NCBI RefSeq assembly: GCF_009914755.1
Contig: NC_060930.1
Reading direction: 5' to 3' (one strand)
Length of the DNA: 64,000 nucleotides
DNA from: the human T2T-CHM13v2.0 reference genome, Homo sapiens
The notes under the pieces are model-generated. The model ran no database searches and was not told the DNA's origin. It worked only from the letters and a program-made list of their open reading frames with translations. Numbering within the stretch: position 1 is the first letter of the stretch; each line of letters starts with the position of its first letter. A program made the translations under genes and the position numbers. This document shows, piece after piece, positions 15,586 through 28,893 of the stretch.

Positions 15586-18217
15586 CCCTTCCCCCTGCCC
15601 TTTCTTGTAGGCCATATTGACTTTCTACTGGAGGACATTACCATTTGTTCATTTACCATGATGCTGGAAACTTAGCATTATGTTTTCACATCTGCCCATT
15701 ACAACTCTAGGTGGTCAGTCTAATTACCTGCATTTTAGATGTAAGGATGACTTTGTGAGGAGGGGGAGCAGAGGGAGGGAGTCTGTTAAGTAAGTAGCCC
15801 AAATCCCACTGCTAAAAAGCTCTAAAGTTGGCATATAAATTCAGGGCTCATGAACCTGAATTTTATTTTTTATTTGCAAGAAATTGTATTTCCTACAAAT
15901 TAAGCATTTTTTTGCCTGTGAGAGCAAAAGATAACACCAAAAAAAAAAAAAAAAATGAAAGCAAAGTCTAAAACAGGTGGTAGTGACAGCAGAAAAAAAA
16001 AATATATATATACACTCATGGTTAGGCAACTTGTCAGCCAAGCCTGGGCCATAAAACACGATAAAAAAAGGTTTGGTTAATAGCCAGAATTACTCAGTTA
16101 TTCTCATAAATGCTAATTATTAAGTTATTTATGAAAGGAAAAGGATTTTCATTTGATTGTCCCCTGGCTTTTATTGCTCTCTGTGATAACATAAATTCCC
16201 CTTCCAGGACCCCTTCAATGATTAAGGTGCATAGCTGTGATCTATAAGCATATTCAGACCTATCACCCATATAGATCAGCTCTGACAAAACGATTTGATG
16301 GCTTATGTTTTTTTCAGATAAATTCTATTCTTTGTATTTCATTAGAATGTAGATACCTATAAAAAGTACCTTAAGTAATATGAATCTTGAGATGTTAGAA
16401 ACATTTCTTCAGAAAAAAAAATACCCACCAAGGAAGTTATAAACCAACTTAAAGAATAGGTGTTCAACAAAATAAATAAACCCAAAAATACTTAATATAA
16501 TGCAGGAAAGTTTATGGTAGGGACTTGATATGGCAATCTCTTTGGAATTTTAAGTATAAAATGTTTCAGTGGGTTGATTCTCAAAATTCTAAAGCATGAC
16601 AATAATTTTTTACCAGGTACAATGTGCTTTTAGGAGGATTTCTTCCTTTTCTCCCCCGTTTTTATGTTCAGTCTGACCTGGTTGATGACTGTGACTCAGA
16701 TGATAGACGGACTACTTGTGGTTTGAAGGGTGTTGCTTCAGAATTCTAATCTCTTTTGTCATGGACCATCCCTGGGGATTCCAAAGTATTACTAGCTGTA
16801 AAGGAACTCCCCCTCCTCAATAAACCACAGCTCCCAACAAGAAATGAGCAACTTCTGATAGTGAAAATGGGACATTTTAAAAGAATTAACTAATAGTAAA
16901 ACCAAGTCAAGAAAACGCTCTCTGAAATGCATTATTTACTATATTAGGAAAAGATGCATGGAGAGAGACAAAAGTTTTACAAGAGGTAAACTGGATTAAT
17001 TCTATGAAAAACTTGCTAACCAAAGACTTGTTATTATTGCTTTTCACCAATGTATTGGAAGGGCGGAAAGAGAGAATAAATTATAACTCACCTAAGGACC
17101 AATTACCTCAATTTTTGGCTCATACCCAGAGAAAACAATTATTCCTAGGAATCTCTTAATCAAATTGAAGTCCAACAAACATTTATGTGTACCTACTATG
17201 GGCCACCCTCTGTTGACAAGTATTGGGGAGTGAGTAAGGCCAGGTCTTTCCCTTGAAGAAGCTTACTATTCAGTGGAGGAGTTCATACTAAATTCACAAA
17301 CCTTTGAATACTAATCAGAGTTGTTAAGTATTACTACCTGCTAGTGCTTAGCTCTGTCCTCAGAATAAATAAATGAGGGAGGATCCAGGGGCACATGAAG
17401 ACCTCACACAATTCAAGTTCAATAGACTTCCTTACTACAGGCTTCCATTTGTAGTGTTGTATTTATTTTCTCTTAATCTATTGCAAGGAGAGGCATGTAT
17501 TCATTTATTAATGATGCTACAAGTACAATGTGAACATCCTGGAAAATACAAATTACTTATTTGCAACCCAGAAACTTAAATTTCAAAAAGTAAGAGACTG
17601 ATTGGATCAAAAAAGGGCTGAAAAATGAAAAGGCTGCTGGTCAGAATATCGGCAGAGGCTAAAGTTATAGCTAATTCAAGCAAAAGATTTCCAAGATGCT
17701 CCCTTAGCACACTGAATGCACAGAGTGAAAATAGTGTTGGAGTTTGCAGAAACAGTTTTTTTAGAAAAGGCATGATCATGTATAAAATACTCAAACTTTC
17801 CAGATTCAAAATTCCCAAGTGGAAAAGAATTGGGGACTTTTTAAAGAGATTTAATGATTCAGCTTGATTATCCAACATTATTCAATTGCTATTTGACTTA
17901 GTATGTTTTGTGTTACTATAAAGGCATATCTAAGACTGGGTAATTTATTTTTTAAAAGAGATTTATTTAGCTCATGTTCTGCAGGCTGTACAAGAAGCAA
18001 GGTGCCGGCATCTGCTTAGCTTCTGGTGAGGGCTTGTGTGCTGCATCAAAATATGGTGGAAAAGACTAAAGGGCAAGTAGACACGTGCAAAGAGGGTCAA
18101 AACCCAAGGGGTGTCCTGGCTTTATAACAACCCTGCCCTCAGGAACTAATCCATTCCCCGCAGAACCAATCCAGTCTCAGGAGAGCAAGAGTTCACTCAA
18201 TTCCTTGAAAACAGAAC

Positions 18218-18912
<695 letters not shown>

Positions 18913-19078
18913 AGAACCAAGCCATTCACAATGGGTCTACCCCATGACATAAGCTCCTCCCACCAGGCCCCACATCTCAACACTACCACTTTGGGAATCA
19001 AATTTCGACATGAGATTTGATAGGGACAAACAAACCATATCCAAACTACAGCAGGGTTTAAAAAGCAAGCAAACAAAA

Positions 19079-19079
19079 C

Positions 19080-19120
<41 letters not shown>
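19079..19120. repeat. (CA)n microsatellite
   Basis: About 17 CA units seen directly. Confidence 0.95.
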
Positions 19121-19301
19121 CATACCTGATTATGCAGTTAGGTAAAACACTCAAATCAGCAATAAAAGTCTGCAAATTTGTAAACTGCATCAAGTAGTAG
19201 CCTGTAGAGTTTGGGATTGCATTTTGTAGTTCCTTTAACTCCCTCCACAATGATGAGCAATCTTATTCGCATCACAGACATTCACATTTAGTGAATATGC
19301 C

Positions 19302-19417
19302 GGAAGAGAGGGAGGGAGGGAGGGAGGGAGGGAAGGAAGGGAGGCAGGAGGGAGGGAAGGAAGGAAGGAAGGAAGGAAGGAAGGAAGGAAGGAAGGAAGG
19401 AAGGAAGGCAGGCAGGC
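19302..19417. repeat. Polypurine (GGGA)n/(GGAA)13 microsatellite
   Basis: 13 consecutive GGAA at 19355-19406 within a ~105-bp near-pure purine tract. Confidence 0.95.
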
Positions 19418-21721
19418 TCTATAGGCACAGATGTAGATGTAGGTATATGGGTGTGAGGATTTGCGGACTTTACCTTCTAAATTGGACATCAAGAAATTAA
19501 AATGAATGAATTTAAATTTTCTAAACTTGCTTGCTTATACGAATCACCAGAAACTATGTGTTAAATGTACTGATTTCCAGGCCTCTGTGCTGACAATTCT
19601 GATCTGAAAGAAGAGTGGAAATCTGTATTGTTAACAAGTAATCACCTCCTGGTGATCCTTGTTATCAAGCAGGTTTAGGAAATACTGAACTAACTGATTC
19701 ACGTTGCTCTGCTCATAATATTTCATTTGCTTAATTAAGATCTTTTTACCATGGACATTTTCAGTGGTCCTTTCTTCAGTCCCAAACCCTATTACCCTAC
19801 ATTTTTTCCCTCTAGGAGTCTTATCTCTTCCCTTATAGGATGGTGATGCAGCCATATCTGCCTGAATCTCTAGACCATTTCCACCCAAGTCGTCATCATT
19901 GATAACTCTTCCATCAGAGTCCTCATGGTTCGGGTAATACATGTTCAGGTCAAAACCTTTAAAACCTTGGAGAAAGGAAATAGTTTTATCAGGAAAAGCT
20001 GAAAAAGAAAAAAAGAACAAAAACAAAAACTTGAGGAAGTGAAAACATCTGAGGCCTAAAGTCAGGGAATATACCAAAGGAACAAAACCCCAAATCTCTT
20101 GTTCACACTTCCTCCAGATGTACTTAGAAATTATTTGCACATTTCTACTTCAAAAAACGTTATTTTCTGCTTTGATCAAAGTTTTCAAGTTTTGTAGATG
20201 ATATTCATGTATTTGTATCCTAACCGGCTGAGTATATGAATGTGTTACTTCCACTATACCACATGAAGAAATATACCTACTCATTCATTTTTCATTCATT
20301 CAACAATTTGCTAAATACCTACCGCATGCCGCTGTGTAATTGAACTAGTATAGTGTACAGACACTAACAAGAGATAATCCCCGTCCGTAAATAAATTACA
20401 GTTAATTGGAAAAATAGACACATAAGCAAATAACTATACATTATGCTCCAAAGTAACTATTATATTAAGATTTGTATATAAGATGTTATGAGAACATAGA
20501 AAAGCATATCCTGATTATGGAGAAGGGCGACCTTTAGGGAGGAGATGAAGGAGATGACAATTTTTTCACAGTTATCTCTTGCTAAGGTAATTTTAAATTG
20601 CATAAATTAATATAATAACATTATTAAGGGAACATTTTTTCACCACTTTGCACATTGACAGTTTTCCTTTTTCCATGTTTCCATTCAAACTTTGTCCATA
20701 AGTATGTGTATATATACATGTGTGTTAGAAAGTTTAAATCATAATATCTGTAATTATGTTTCAAAAGCTTGCATACATTTGGCTATTTGAAAACCAAAAT
20801 ATAGCTTCCTATAAAAATAAAATTATTAAAGGTTGTTAGGTTTCCCCAAACCTAAGCCTATTTAATACACAACACTCTATTGCTATACTATTGTAGTTGT
20901 ACAGTGAGAGAGTAATTGTATTGTAATCAGAAAAATATATTGGGTTTCTAATGAATTTCTCTAATAAGAAGGAAAACAATAAAATGATTTGAAAAGATTT
21001 TTTTTTGTATTCCAGATGTTCTTCCTTGAGGTACGAATTAGTAGATAGCCATGGCTAGGTAAAGGAAGGATGTCAACCAGATGCTAGTGGATGGGCAGTT
21101 CTGTTTCCCTTTGATAGAATTCTAGTTAGGGGATGTGGGCCTCTGAACTTCAGAGCTAGTGGCAGAGAGTAGCATGCACAGCTCATTTTCTAATTTGGAG
21201 AGGAAGATTGTCTCTGGAATGGGGGAAAGATGAGCACATATGGATCTAGGTCGTCCTCTGGCTGACTGGGAAATCAGCATCCTGAAAATGTACAGCATGT
21301 ATACAGCAGAGTGGGAAGAGAAAAAGAAAAGCAAGTGATCAGGTTCACACTGCAGATGGTTGCCTGCTCTGTTTGCATGGGAATTCAACACCCAGAACAG
21401 GAAAAAGTAAGGTGACTGACTGCCAGAAGTCCTCCATACGTTGGACCTGGGCCCTGGACCCTGGAATCTATGGATGTTGGGAAACAGGAACCCTAATAGC
21501 AAATTGGCTAGACACAAATCATCATTGCTGTGGTTGTTTCCAGACATCTGAAGAACAGCTTACATCGAGGCCTCATTTCAGTGAGTTAAGTCTATCTTAA
21601 GAAACTCAAGTCGTGCTATGGAATAGTTGTAAATTAATGTTTCCAATTCAGGGTACATCTATAGATATGTATTTTGAGCTCAATTTTTTTAAAAACCAGA
21701 AGCAGATGACCTCTGGTACAC

Positions 21722-24700
21722 TTTATTTTTTATTATCTTATTTTATTTTCCCATAAGTTATTGGGGTACAGTGGATATTTGGTTACATGAGTAAGTTCTT
21801 TAGTGTGATTTGTGAGATTTTGGTGCACCCATTACCCAAGCAGTAAACACTGCACCATATTTTATCCCTCGCCTGTCTCCCACTGTTCCCCTCAAGTCCC
21901 CAAAGTCCATTGTATCATTCTTATGTCTTTGCATCTTCATAGCTTAGCTCCCACATATCAGTGAGAACATACAATGTTTGGTTTTCCATTCTTGAGTTAC
22001 TTTACTTGGAATAATAGTCTCTAATCTCACCCAGGTCACTGCAAATGCTGTTAATTCATTCCTTTTTATGGCTGAGTAGTATTCCATTGTATATATATAT
22101 ACCACAGTTTCTTTATCCACTCATTGACTGATGGGCGTTTGGGTTGGTTCCACAATTTTGCAACTGTGAATTGTGCGGCCATAAACATGTGTGTGCAAGT
22201 ATCTTTTTTGAATAATGACTTATTTTCCTCTGGGTAGAGACCCAGTAGTGGGATTGCTGGATCAAATGGTAGTTCTACTTTTACTTCTTAAGTTTTATTT
22301 ACGAACTTAAATTTATTCATAAGGAATTTCCACACTGTTTTCCATAATGGCTATACTAGTTTACATTCCCACCAGCAGTGTAGAAGTGTTCCTTGATCAC
22401 TGCATCCACGCCAACACCTACTGTTTTTTGATTTTTTGATTATGGCCATTCTTGCAGGAGTAAGGTGATATCACGTTGTGGTTTTGATTTGCATTTCCCT
22501 GATCATTAGTGATGTTGAGCATGTTTTCATATGTTTCTGGGCCATTTGTATATCTTCTTTTGAGAATTGTCTGTTCATGTCCTTAGCCCACTTTTTGATA
22601 GGCTTGTTTGGTTTTCTCTTGCAGATTTGTTTGACTTTGTTGTGGTTTCTGGATATTAGTCCTTTGTCAGAGGTATAGATTGTGAAGATTTTCTCCCACT
22701 CTGCGGGTTGTCTGTTTACTCTGCTGATTGTTCCTTTTGTAGTGCAAAGGCTCTTTACTTTAATTAGGTCCCAGCTATTTATCTTTGTTTTTATTGTATT
22801 TGCTTTTGGGTTCTTGGTCATGAAACCCGTGCCTAAGCCAATGTCTAGAAGGGTTTTTCTAACGTTATCTTCTAGAATTTTTATAGTTTCAGGTCTTAGG
22901 TTTAAGTTCTTAATCCATCTCAAGTTGATTTTTGTGTAAGTTGAGAAATGAGGATCCAGTTTCATTCTCCTACATGTGGCCACATAGCCAATTATCCCAG
23001 CACTATTTGTTGCAAAGGGTGTCCTTTCCCCACTTTATGTTTTTGTTTGCTTCGTCAAAGATCAGTTGGTTGTAAGTATTTGGGTTTACTTCTGGGTTCT
23101 CTATTCCATTCCATTGGTCTATGTGCCTATTTTTATACCGGTACCACACTGTTTTGGTGACTGTGGCCTTATAGTATAGTTTGAAATCAGGTAGTGTGAT
23201 GCCTTCAGGTTTGTTCTTTTTGCTTAGTCTTGTTTGGCTATGCAGGCTTTTTTTTGGTTCCATACGAATTTTAGAACTCTTTTTTCTAACTGTGAAGAAT
23301 GATGGTGGTATTTTGATGGGGATTGCATTGAATTTGTAGAATGATTTTGGCAGTATGGTCATTTTCCCAATATTGATTCTACACATCCGTGAGCATGGGA
23401 TGTGTTTCCATTTGTTGATGTCGTCTATGATTTCTTTCAGCAGTGTTTTGTAGTTTTCCTTGTAGAGGTCTTTCGACTCCTTTGTTAGATATATTCACGA
23501 GTAATTTTTTTAGGCAGTTATTGTAAAAGGGGTTTTTTATTTGATTCTCCACTTGGTAGCTGTTGGTGTATAGAAGAGCTACTGATATGTGTACATTAAT
23601 CTTGTATCTGGAAACTTTGGTGAATTATTTTATCAGTTCTAGGAGCTTTCTGGAGGAGTCCTTAGGGTTTTCAAGGCAAACAATCATATCATCAGCAAAC
23701 AGAGAGAGTTTGACTTCCTCTTTACCATTTGGATTCCCTTTATTTCTTTCTCTTGCCTGATTGTTCTGGCTAGGATTTCCAGTACTATTTTGAAGAGGAG
23801 TAGTGAGAGTGAGCATCCTTGTCTTGTTCCAGATCTCACGGGGGATGTTTTCAACTTTTCCCCATTCAATATTATGTTGGCTGTGGGTTTGTCATAGATG
23901 GCTTTTATTATATTAAGATATGTCCCGTGTATGCCGATTTTGTTGAGGGTTTTAATCATAAAGGGAGGCTGGATTTTGTTGAATGCTTTCTCTGCACCTA
24001 CTGAGATGATCATGTGATTTTTGTTTTTAATTCTGTTTATGTGGTGTATCACATTTATTGACCTGTGTATATTAAAACATCCCTGCATCCTTGGTATGAA
24101 ACCCCCTTGATCATGGTGGATTATCTTTTTGATATGTTGTTGGATTCTGTTAGCTGGTATTTTGTTAAGGATTTTAGCATTTATTTCTATTTTAGCATCT
24201 ATTTTAACATCTGTTAGCATCTATGTTCATCAAGGATATCAGTCTGTAGTTTTCTTTTTTGGTTGTGTCCTTTCCTGGTTTTGGTATTAGGGTGACACAG
24301 GTTCATAGAATTAACTGGGAAGAGTTCCTTCTTTATCTTGTGGAATCGTTTCAAAAGGATTGGTACCAATTCTTTGAATGTTTGGTAGAATTCTGCTATG
24401 AATCTGTCTGGTCATGGACTTTTTATTGTTGGTGATTTTTTAATTACCATTTCAATCTGGCTGCTTATTATTGGTCTGTTCAGGATATCTAATGCTTCCT
24501 GACTTAAGCTAAGGGATTGTATTTTCCCAGGAATTTATCCATCTCTTCTAGGTTTTCTAGCTTACGTGCATAAAGGTGTTCCTAGTAGCCTTGAATGATC
24601 TTTTGTATTTCAGTGGTGTCAGTTGTAGTATCTCCTGTTTCATTTCTTAGTGAGGTTATTTGGATTGTCTCTCTTCTTTTCTTTGTTAATCTTGCTAATG

Positions 24701-27229
24701 GTCTATCAATATTATGTATCTTTTCAAAGAGACAGCTTTTTGTTTCAGTTATCTTTTATATATTTTTGTTTGCTTGTTTCTATTTCATTTAGTTTTGCTC
24801 TGATCTTGATTACTTCCTTTTTTCTACTGGGTTTGGATGTGGTTTGTTCTTGTTTCTGTAGTTCCTTGAGGTGTGATCTTAGGTTGTCTGTTTGTGCTCT
24901 TTCAGACTCTTTGATGTAGGTGTTTATGGCTATGAACATTCCTCTTAACACCGCCTTAGCTGTATCCCAGAGGTTTTGATAGGTTTTGTCATTATTGTCA
25001 TTCAGATCAAGGAATTTTTTAATTTCCATCTTGATTTCATTTTTGACCCAATGTTCATTCAGGAGCAGGTTATTTAATTTCAATGTATTTGCATGGTTTT
25101 GAAGGTTCCTTTTGGAGTTGACTTCTAGTCTTATTCCACTGTGGTCTGAGAGAGTGTTTGATATAATTTGAATTTTCTTAAATTTATTGAGCTCCTTTTA
25201 TGGCCTGTCATATGGTCTGTCTTGGAGAAAATTCCATGCACTGCTGAATACAATGTGTATTCTGTGGTTGTTGGATGAAGTGTTCTGTATACATCTGCTA
25301 AGTCCATTTGTTCCAAGGTATAGTTTAAATCCACTGTTTCTTTGTTGACTTTCTGTCTTAATGAGCTGTCTAGTGCTGTCAGTAGAGTATTGAAGTTCCC
25401 AGTGTTATTGTGTTGCTGTCTATCTCATTTCTTAGGTCTATTAGTAATTGTTTTATAAATTTGGGATCTCCAGTGTTAGGTGCATATATGTTTAGGATTG
25501 TGATGTTTTCCTGTTGGACAATGCCTTTTACCATTTTATAATGCCCCTCTTTGTCTCTTTTAAACATTGTCACTTTAAAGTTTTTTTTTGTCTAAGAATA
25601 GCTACCCCTGCTCGCTTTTGCATGAAATGCCTTTTCCTACCCCTTTACTTTAAGTTTATGTGAGTACTTATGTGTTAGGTGAGTCTCCTGAAGGCAGCAG
25701 ATAGTTGGTTGGTGAGTTCTCATCCATTCTGCAGTTCTGTATCTTTTAAGTGGAGCATTTAGGCCACTTACATTCAATATTAGTATTGAAATGTGAGGTA
25801 CCATTGCATTCATCATGCTCTTTGTTGCCTGTGTACTTTGCTGTTTTTTGGTTTTGCTTTTTAACTTGTATTTTTGTTGTATAGGTTCCATGTGATTTAT
25901 ACTTTAAAGTGGTTCTGTTTTGATGTGTTTCCAGGATTTGTTTCCATATTTAGAGCTCCTTTTAGCAGTTCTTGTAGTGGTGGCTTGGTAATAGTGAATT
26001 CTCTAAGAATTTGTTTGTCTGAAAAAGACTGTATCTTTCCTTCATATATAATGCTTAGTTTCACTGGATACAAAATTCTTGGCTGATAATTGTTTTGTTT
26101 GAGGAGGCTGAAGATAGGGTCCCAATCCCTTCTAGCTTGTAGAGTTTCGCTGAGAAATCTGCTATTAATCTGGTAGGTTTTCTTGTATAGGTTACCTAGT
26201 GCTTCTGTCTCATAGCTCCTAAGATTCTTTCCTTCGTCTTAACTTTGGATAACCTGATGACAATGTGCCTAGGTGAAGATCTTTTTGTGATGGATTTCTC
26301 AGGTGTTCTTTGTGCTTCCTGTATTTGCAGGTCTAGATCTCCAGCAAGGCTGGGGAAGTTTTCCTCAATTATTCCCCCAAATATGTTTTCCAAGCTTTTA
26401 GCATTGTCTTCTTCCTCAGGAACACTGATTATTCTTAGATTTGGTCGTTTAACATAATGCCAGACCTCTTAGAGGCTTTGTTCATATTTTCTTATTCTTT
26501 TTTCTTTCTCTTTGTTGGGTTGGGTTAATTTGAAAACCTTGTCTTCAAGCTTTGAAATTCTGTTTTCCACTTGTTCAATTCTATTACTGAGACTTTCCAG
26601 AGCATTTTGCATTTCTAAAAGTGTGTCCAAAGTTTCCTGAAGTTTTGATTGTTTTTTATTTAAGCTATCTGTTTCCTTGAATATCTCTCCCTTCAACTTC
26701 TTGTACCATTTTTTGGATTTCCTTGCACTGGGCTTTGCCTTTCTCTGGTCTCTTCCTGACTCGCTTAATAACTAACCTCCTGGGTTCTTTTTCAGGTAAA
26801 TCAGGGATTTCTTCTTGGTTTGGATCCATTGCTGGTGAACTAGTGTGATTTATGGGGGGTGTTGACAAGCCTTGTTTTGTCATATTACCAGGGTTGGTTT
26901 TCTGGTTCCTTCTCATTTGGGTACGCTCTGTCAGAGGGAAGGTCTAGGGCTGAAGGCTGTTGTTCAGATTTTTTTGTCCCATGGGGTGTTCCCTTGATGT
27001 AGCACTCTCCCCTTTTTCTGTGGATGTGGCTTCCTGTGAACTGAATTGCAGTGATTGTTGTCTCTCTTCTGGGTCTAACCACCCAGCAAGTCTACCCAGC
27101 TCCAGGCTGGTACTGAGGATTGTCTGCACAGAGTCCTGTGATGTGAACTGTATGTGGGTCTCTCAGTCATATCCATGCCTGTTCTGGTGGAGGTGGTGGA
27201 GGGTGAAATGGACTCTGTGAGGTTCCTTA
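21722..27229 (-). mobile_element. 5.5-kb 5'-truncated L1PB-type LINE-1 with disabled ORF1 and ORF2
   Basis: ORF track gives ORF1 fragments (25874-26916), endonuclease (ISILILNVSGLNAPLKR, NIYAPN), RT ([27 protein letters not shown]) and C-terminal fragments, with many frameshifts; L1PB-like 3'UTR; 13-bp TSD TGAGCTCAATTTT at 21675-21687 and 27230-27242. Confidence 0.93.
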
Positions 27230-27399
27230 TGAGCTCAATTTTCTGAGCTACATATGTGCAAATAAACTTCACTGAAGACCAAAGCTTTACGATAACTACA
27301 TTAAAAGACAATTTTTTATTCTACCTATTTCCTCCTATACTAGTTTAACCATGAATCAAAAAAAAAAAAAAAGTGAGCATATATAATGAATAATGCATT

Positions 27400-28690
27400 T
27401 GGCTAGAGCATGGAGTAAGTGAAAAATAATGGTGGAAAGTTAGGTTGGGATCATCATATTGTGGATGGAAAAATGGTTCAGTGGAGAAGTTTATAAATTT
27501 GGCAGGCAATAAAAGGTATTTTCAAATTAGACTTTTATAAAATTATAATACTAAGTCACGATTATGGTACAAAATTCAAATTGTGCATTCTTATTAATTC
27601 TTCGAAAAGTTTTCTGTGCAATCACAGTTTTTTGAACAGAGGCTTGGGGTGTTCAGAATTGGTATCTCAAGAAGGTTGCTTTAGAGATTATATGAAGGCT
27701 GAATTCCAATGGAAAAGAAAGGATGGAGATTAAAGTCAGAGGTCTTGCAGTACAATCATTGACAGGACTTGGTGACTGATGAGTGGGAAGTGCCAGAGAG
27801 ATGATCAGAGCCAGGATGTAAGTCTATGTAAGTGGGAGGAGGGATGCTGTCATTGGCTGAAATATGGAACCCAGGAAGAGGGAAGTTTGTAGATTTGTTT
27901 TGGAGTTGTGGTGAGTTTGGGGTTACTGGCAGGATCCTCATTTGGAAATATACACTAGGCCAACATGGAGCTCAGAAAGAGGCTGATGGTAGAGGTGTGG
28001 GTTTGCAGTTCATTCACTTGGAGATCACAGTTGAAATATCTGGGATGGGTGAGATAAGTGGGTTGCATAGTGTTAGAATAGACTAGCTCCCAGAAAACAA
28101 TTAAGAAATTGAGTGGAAGAAGAGGAGTCAGTGAAAGTGACCGAGGAATGGCCAGAAGTGTGAGAGAAGAACCATGTCACTGTATTGTCTCAGAAACCAG
28201 TAACAGAGAAAATTTCAAGGAAGGTTTATCAAACACCACAGAAATGGCAAGGCCACTGGGTTTGGTAACAAAGGAGTCACTGGGAAACATTGAAAGAACA
28301 ATTTCAGTGGAGCAGTGAGCTAGAAGCCAGAATGGGTTGGAAAGAGCATTGGAAGTGCAGATTTCAAGGGAGTTTGAAGAGAAGATAGATAGACTTATTT
28401 ATTCATTCACTTATTCACTCATGCATTTATTTATCCAACAGGTAAATTAAATAAATAACATCTCTGCACAAGGCAATTTGCTAGACATTGGGGATAGGTG
28501 CCAGCCCTCATGGAACTTACATTCTAGTGGGGACAAAAAATGAGTTAACAGAAAATTAAGCAATTGTTTTGTGATAACTATAATTAAGAAAGTAATTACG
28601 TAAATGAGCAAGCAGGCACAGGGATAAAGGTGGAGGGGGAAACTTCTGTAGACAGGATGATCAAGGAAAAGTTAGGAAACGAGATTTCTT
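27400..28690 (-). mobile_element. Degraded L2 LINE fragments
   Basis: L2-like motifs (ATTTCAGTGGAGCAGTGAGCTAGAAGCCAGA; ATTCATTCAC...GCCCTCATGGAACTTACATTCTAGTGGG); edges approximate. Confidence 0.55.
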
Positions 28691-28893
28691 TTATCTTAAT
28701 AGGAAAGAAAGAACCTATTTGTAGGCAAGAAAGTAGAAGAAGAAACAAAAAGTGGAAGACAGGAGCAATACTTATGGAGCAAAGCACAGGAGAAATGGGA
28801 GCCTGTTGGATCCTGGCCACGGGGGCTGTAGTGGACCTTGGAGAGGTTCAGGGACACTTCTTCCTTGAAATGAGATTGAAGAAAGAGGAGGAG

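Noticed and set aside
19235-19500. ORFs with PSFL/EGRK repeats
   Set aside because: Translation of the GGAA microsatellite
22471-27311. Many 60-180 aa ORFs with RT, endonuclease or ORF1 motifs
   Set aside because: Frameshifted fragments of one dead L1PB, not functional genes
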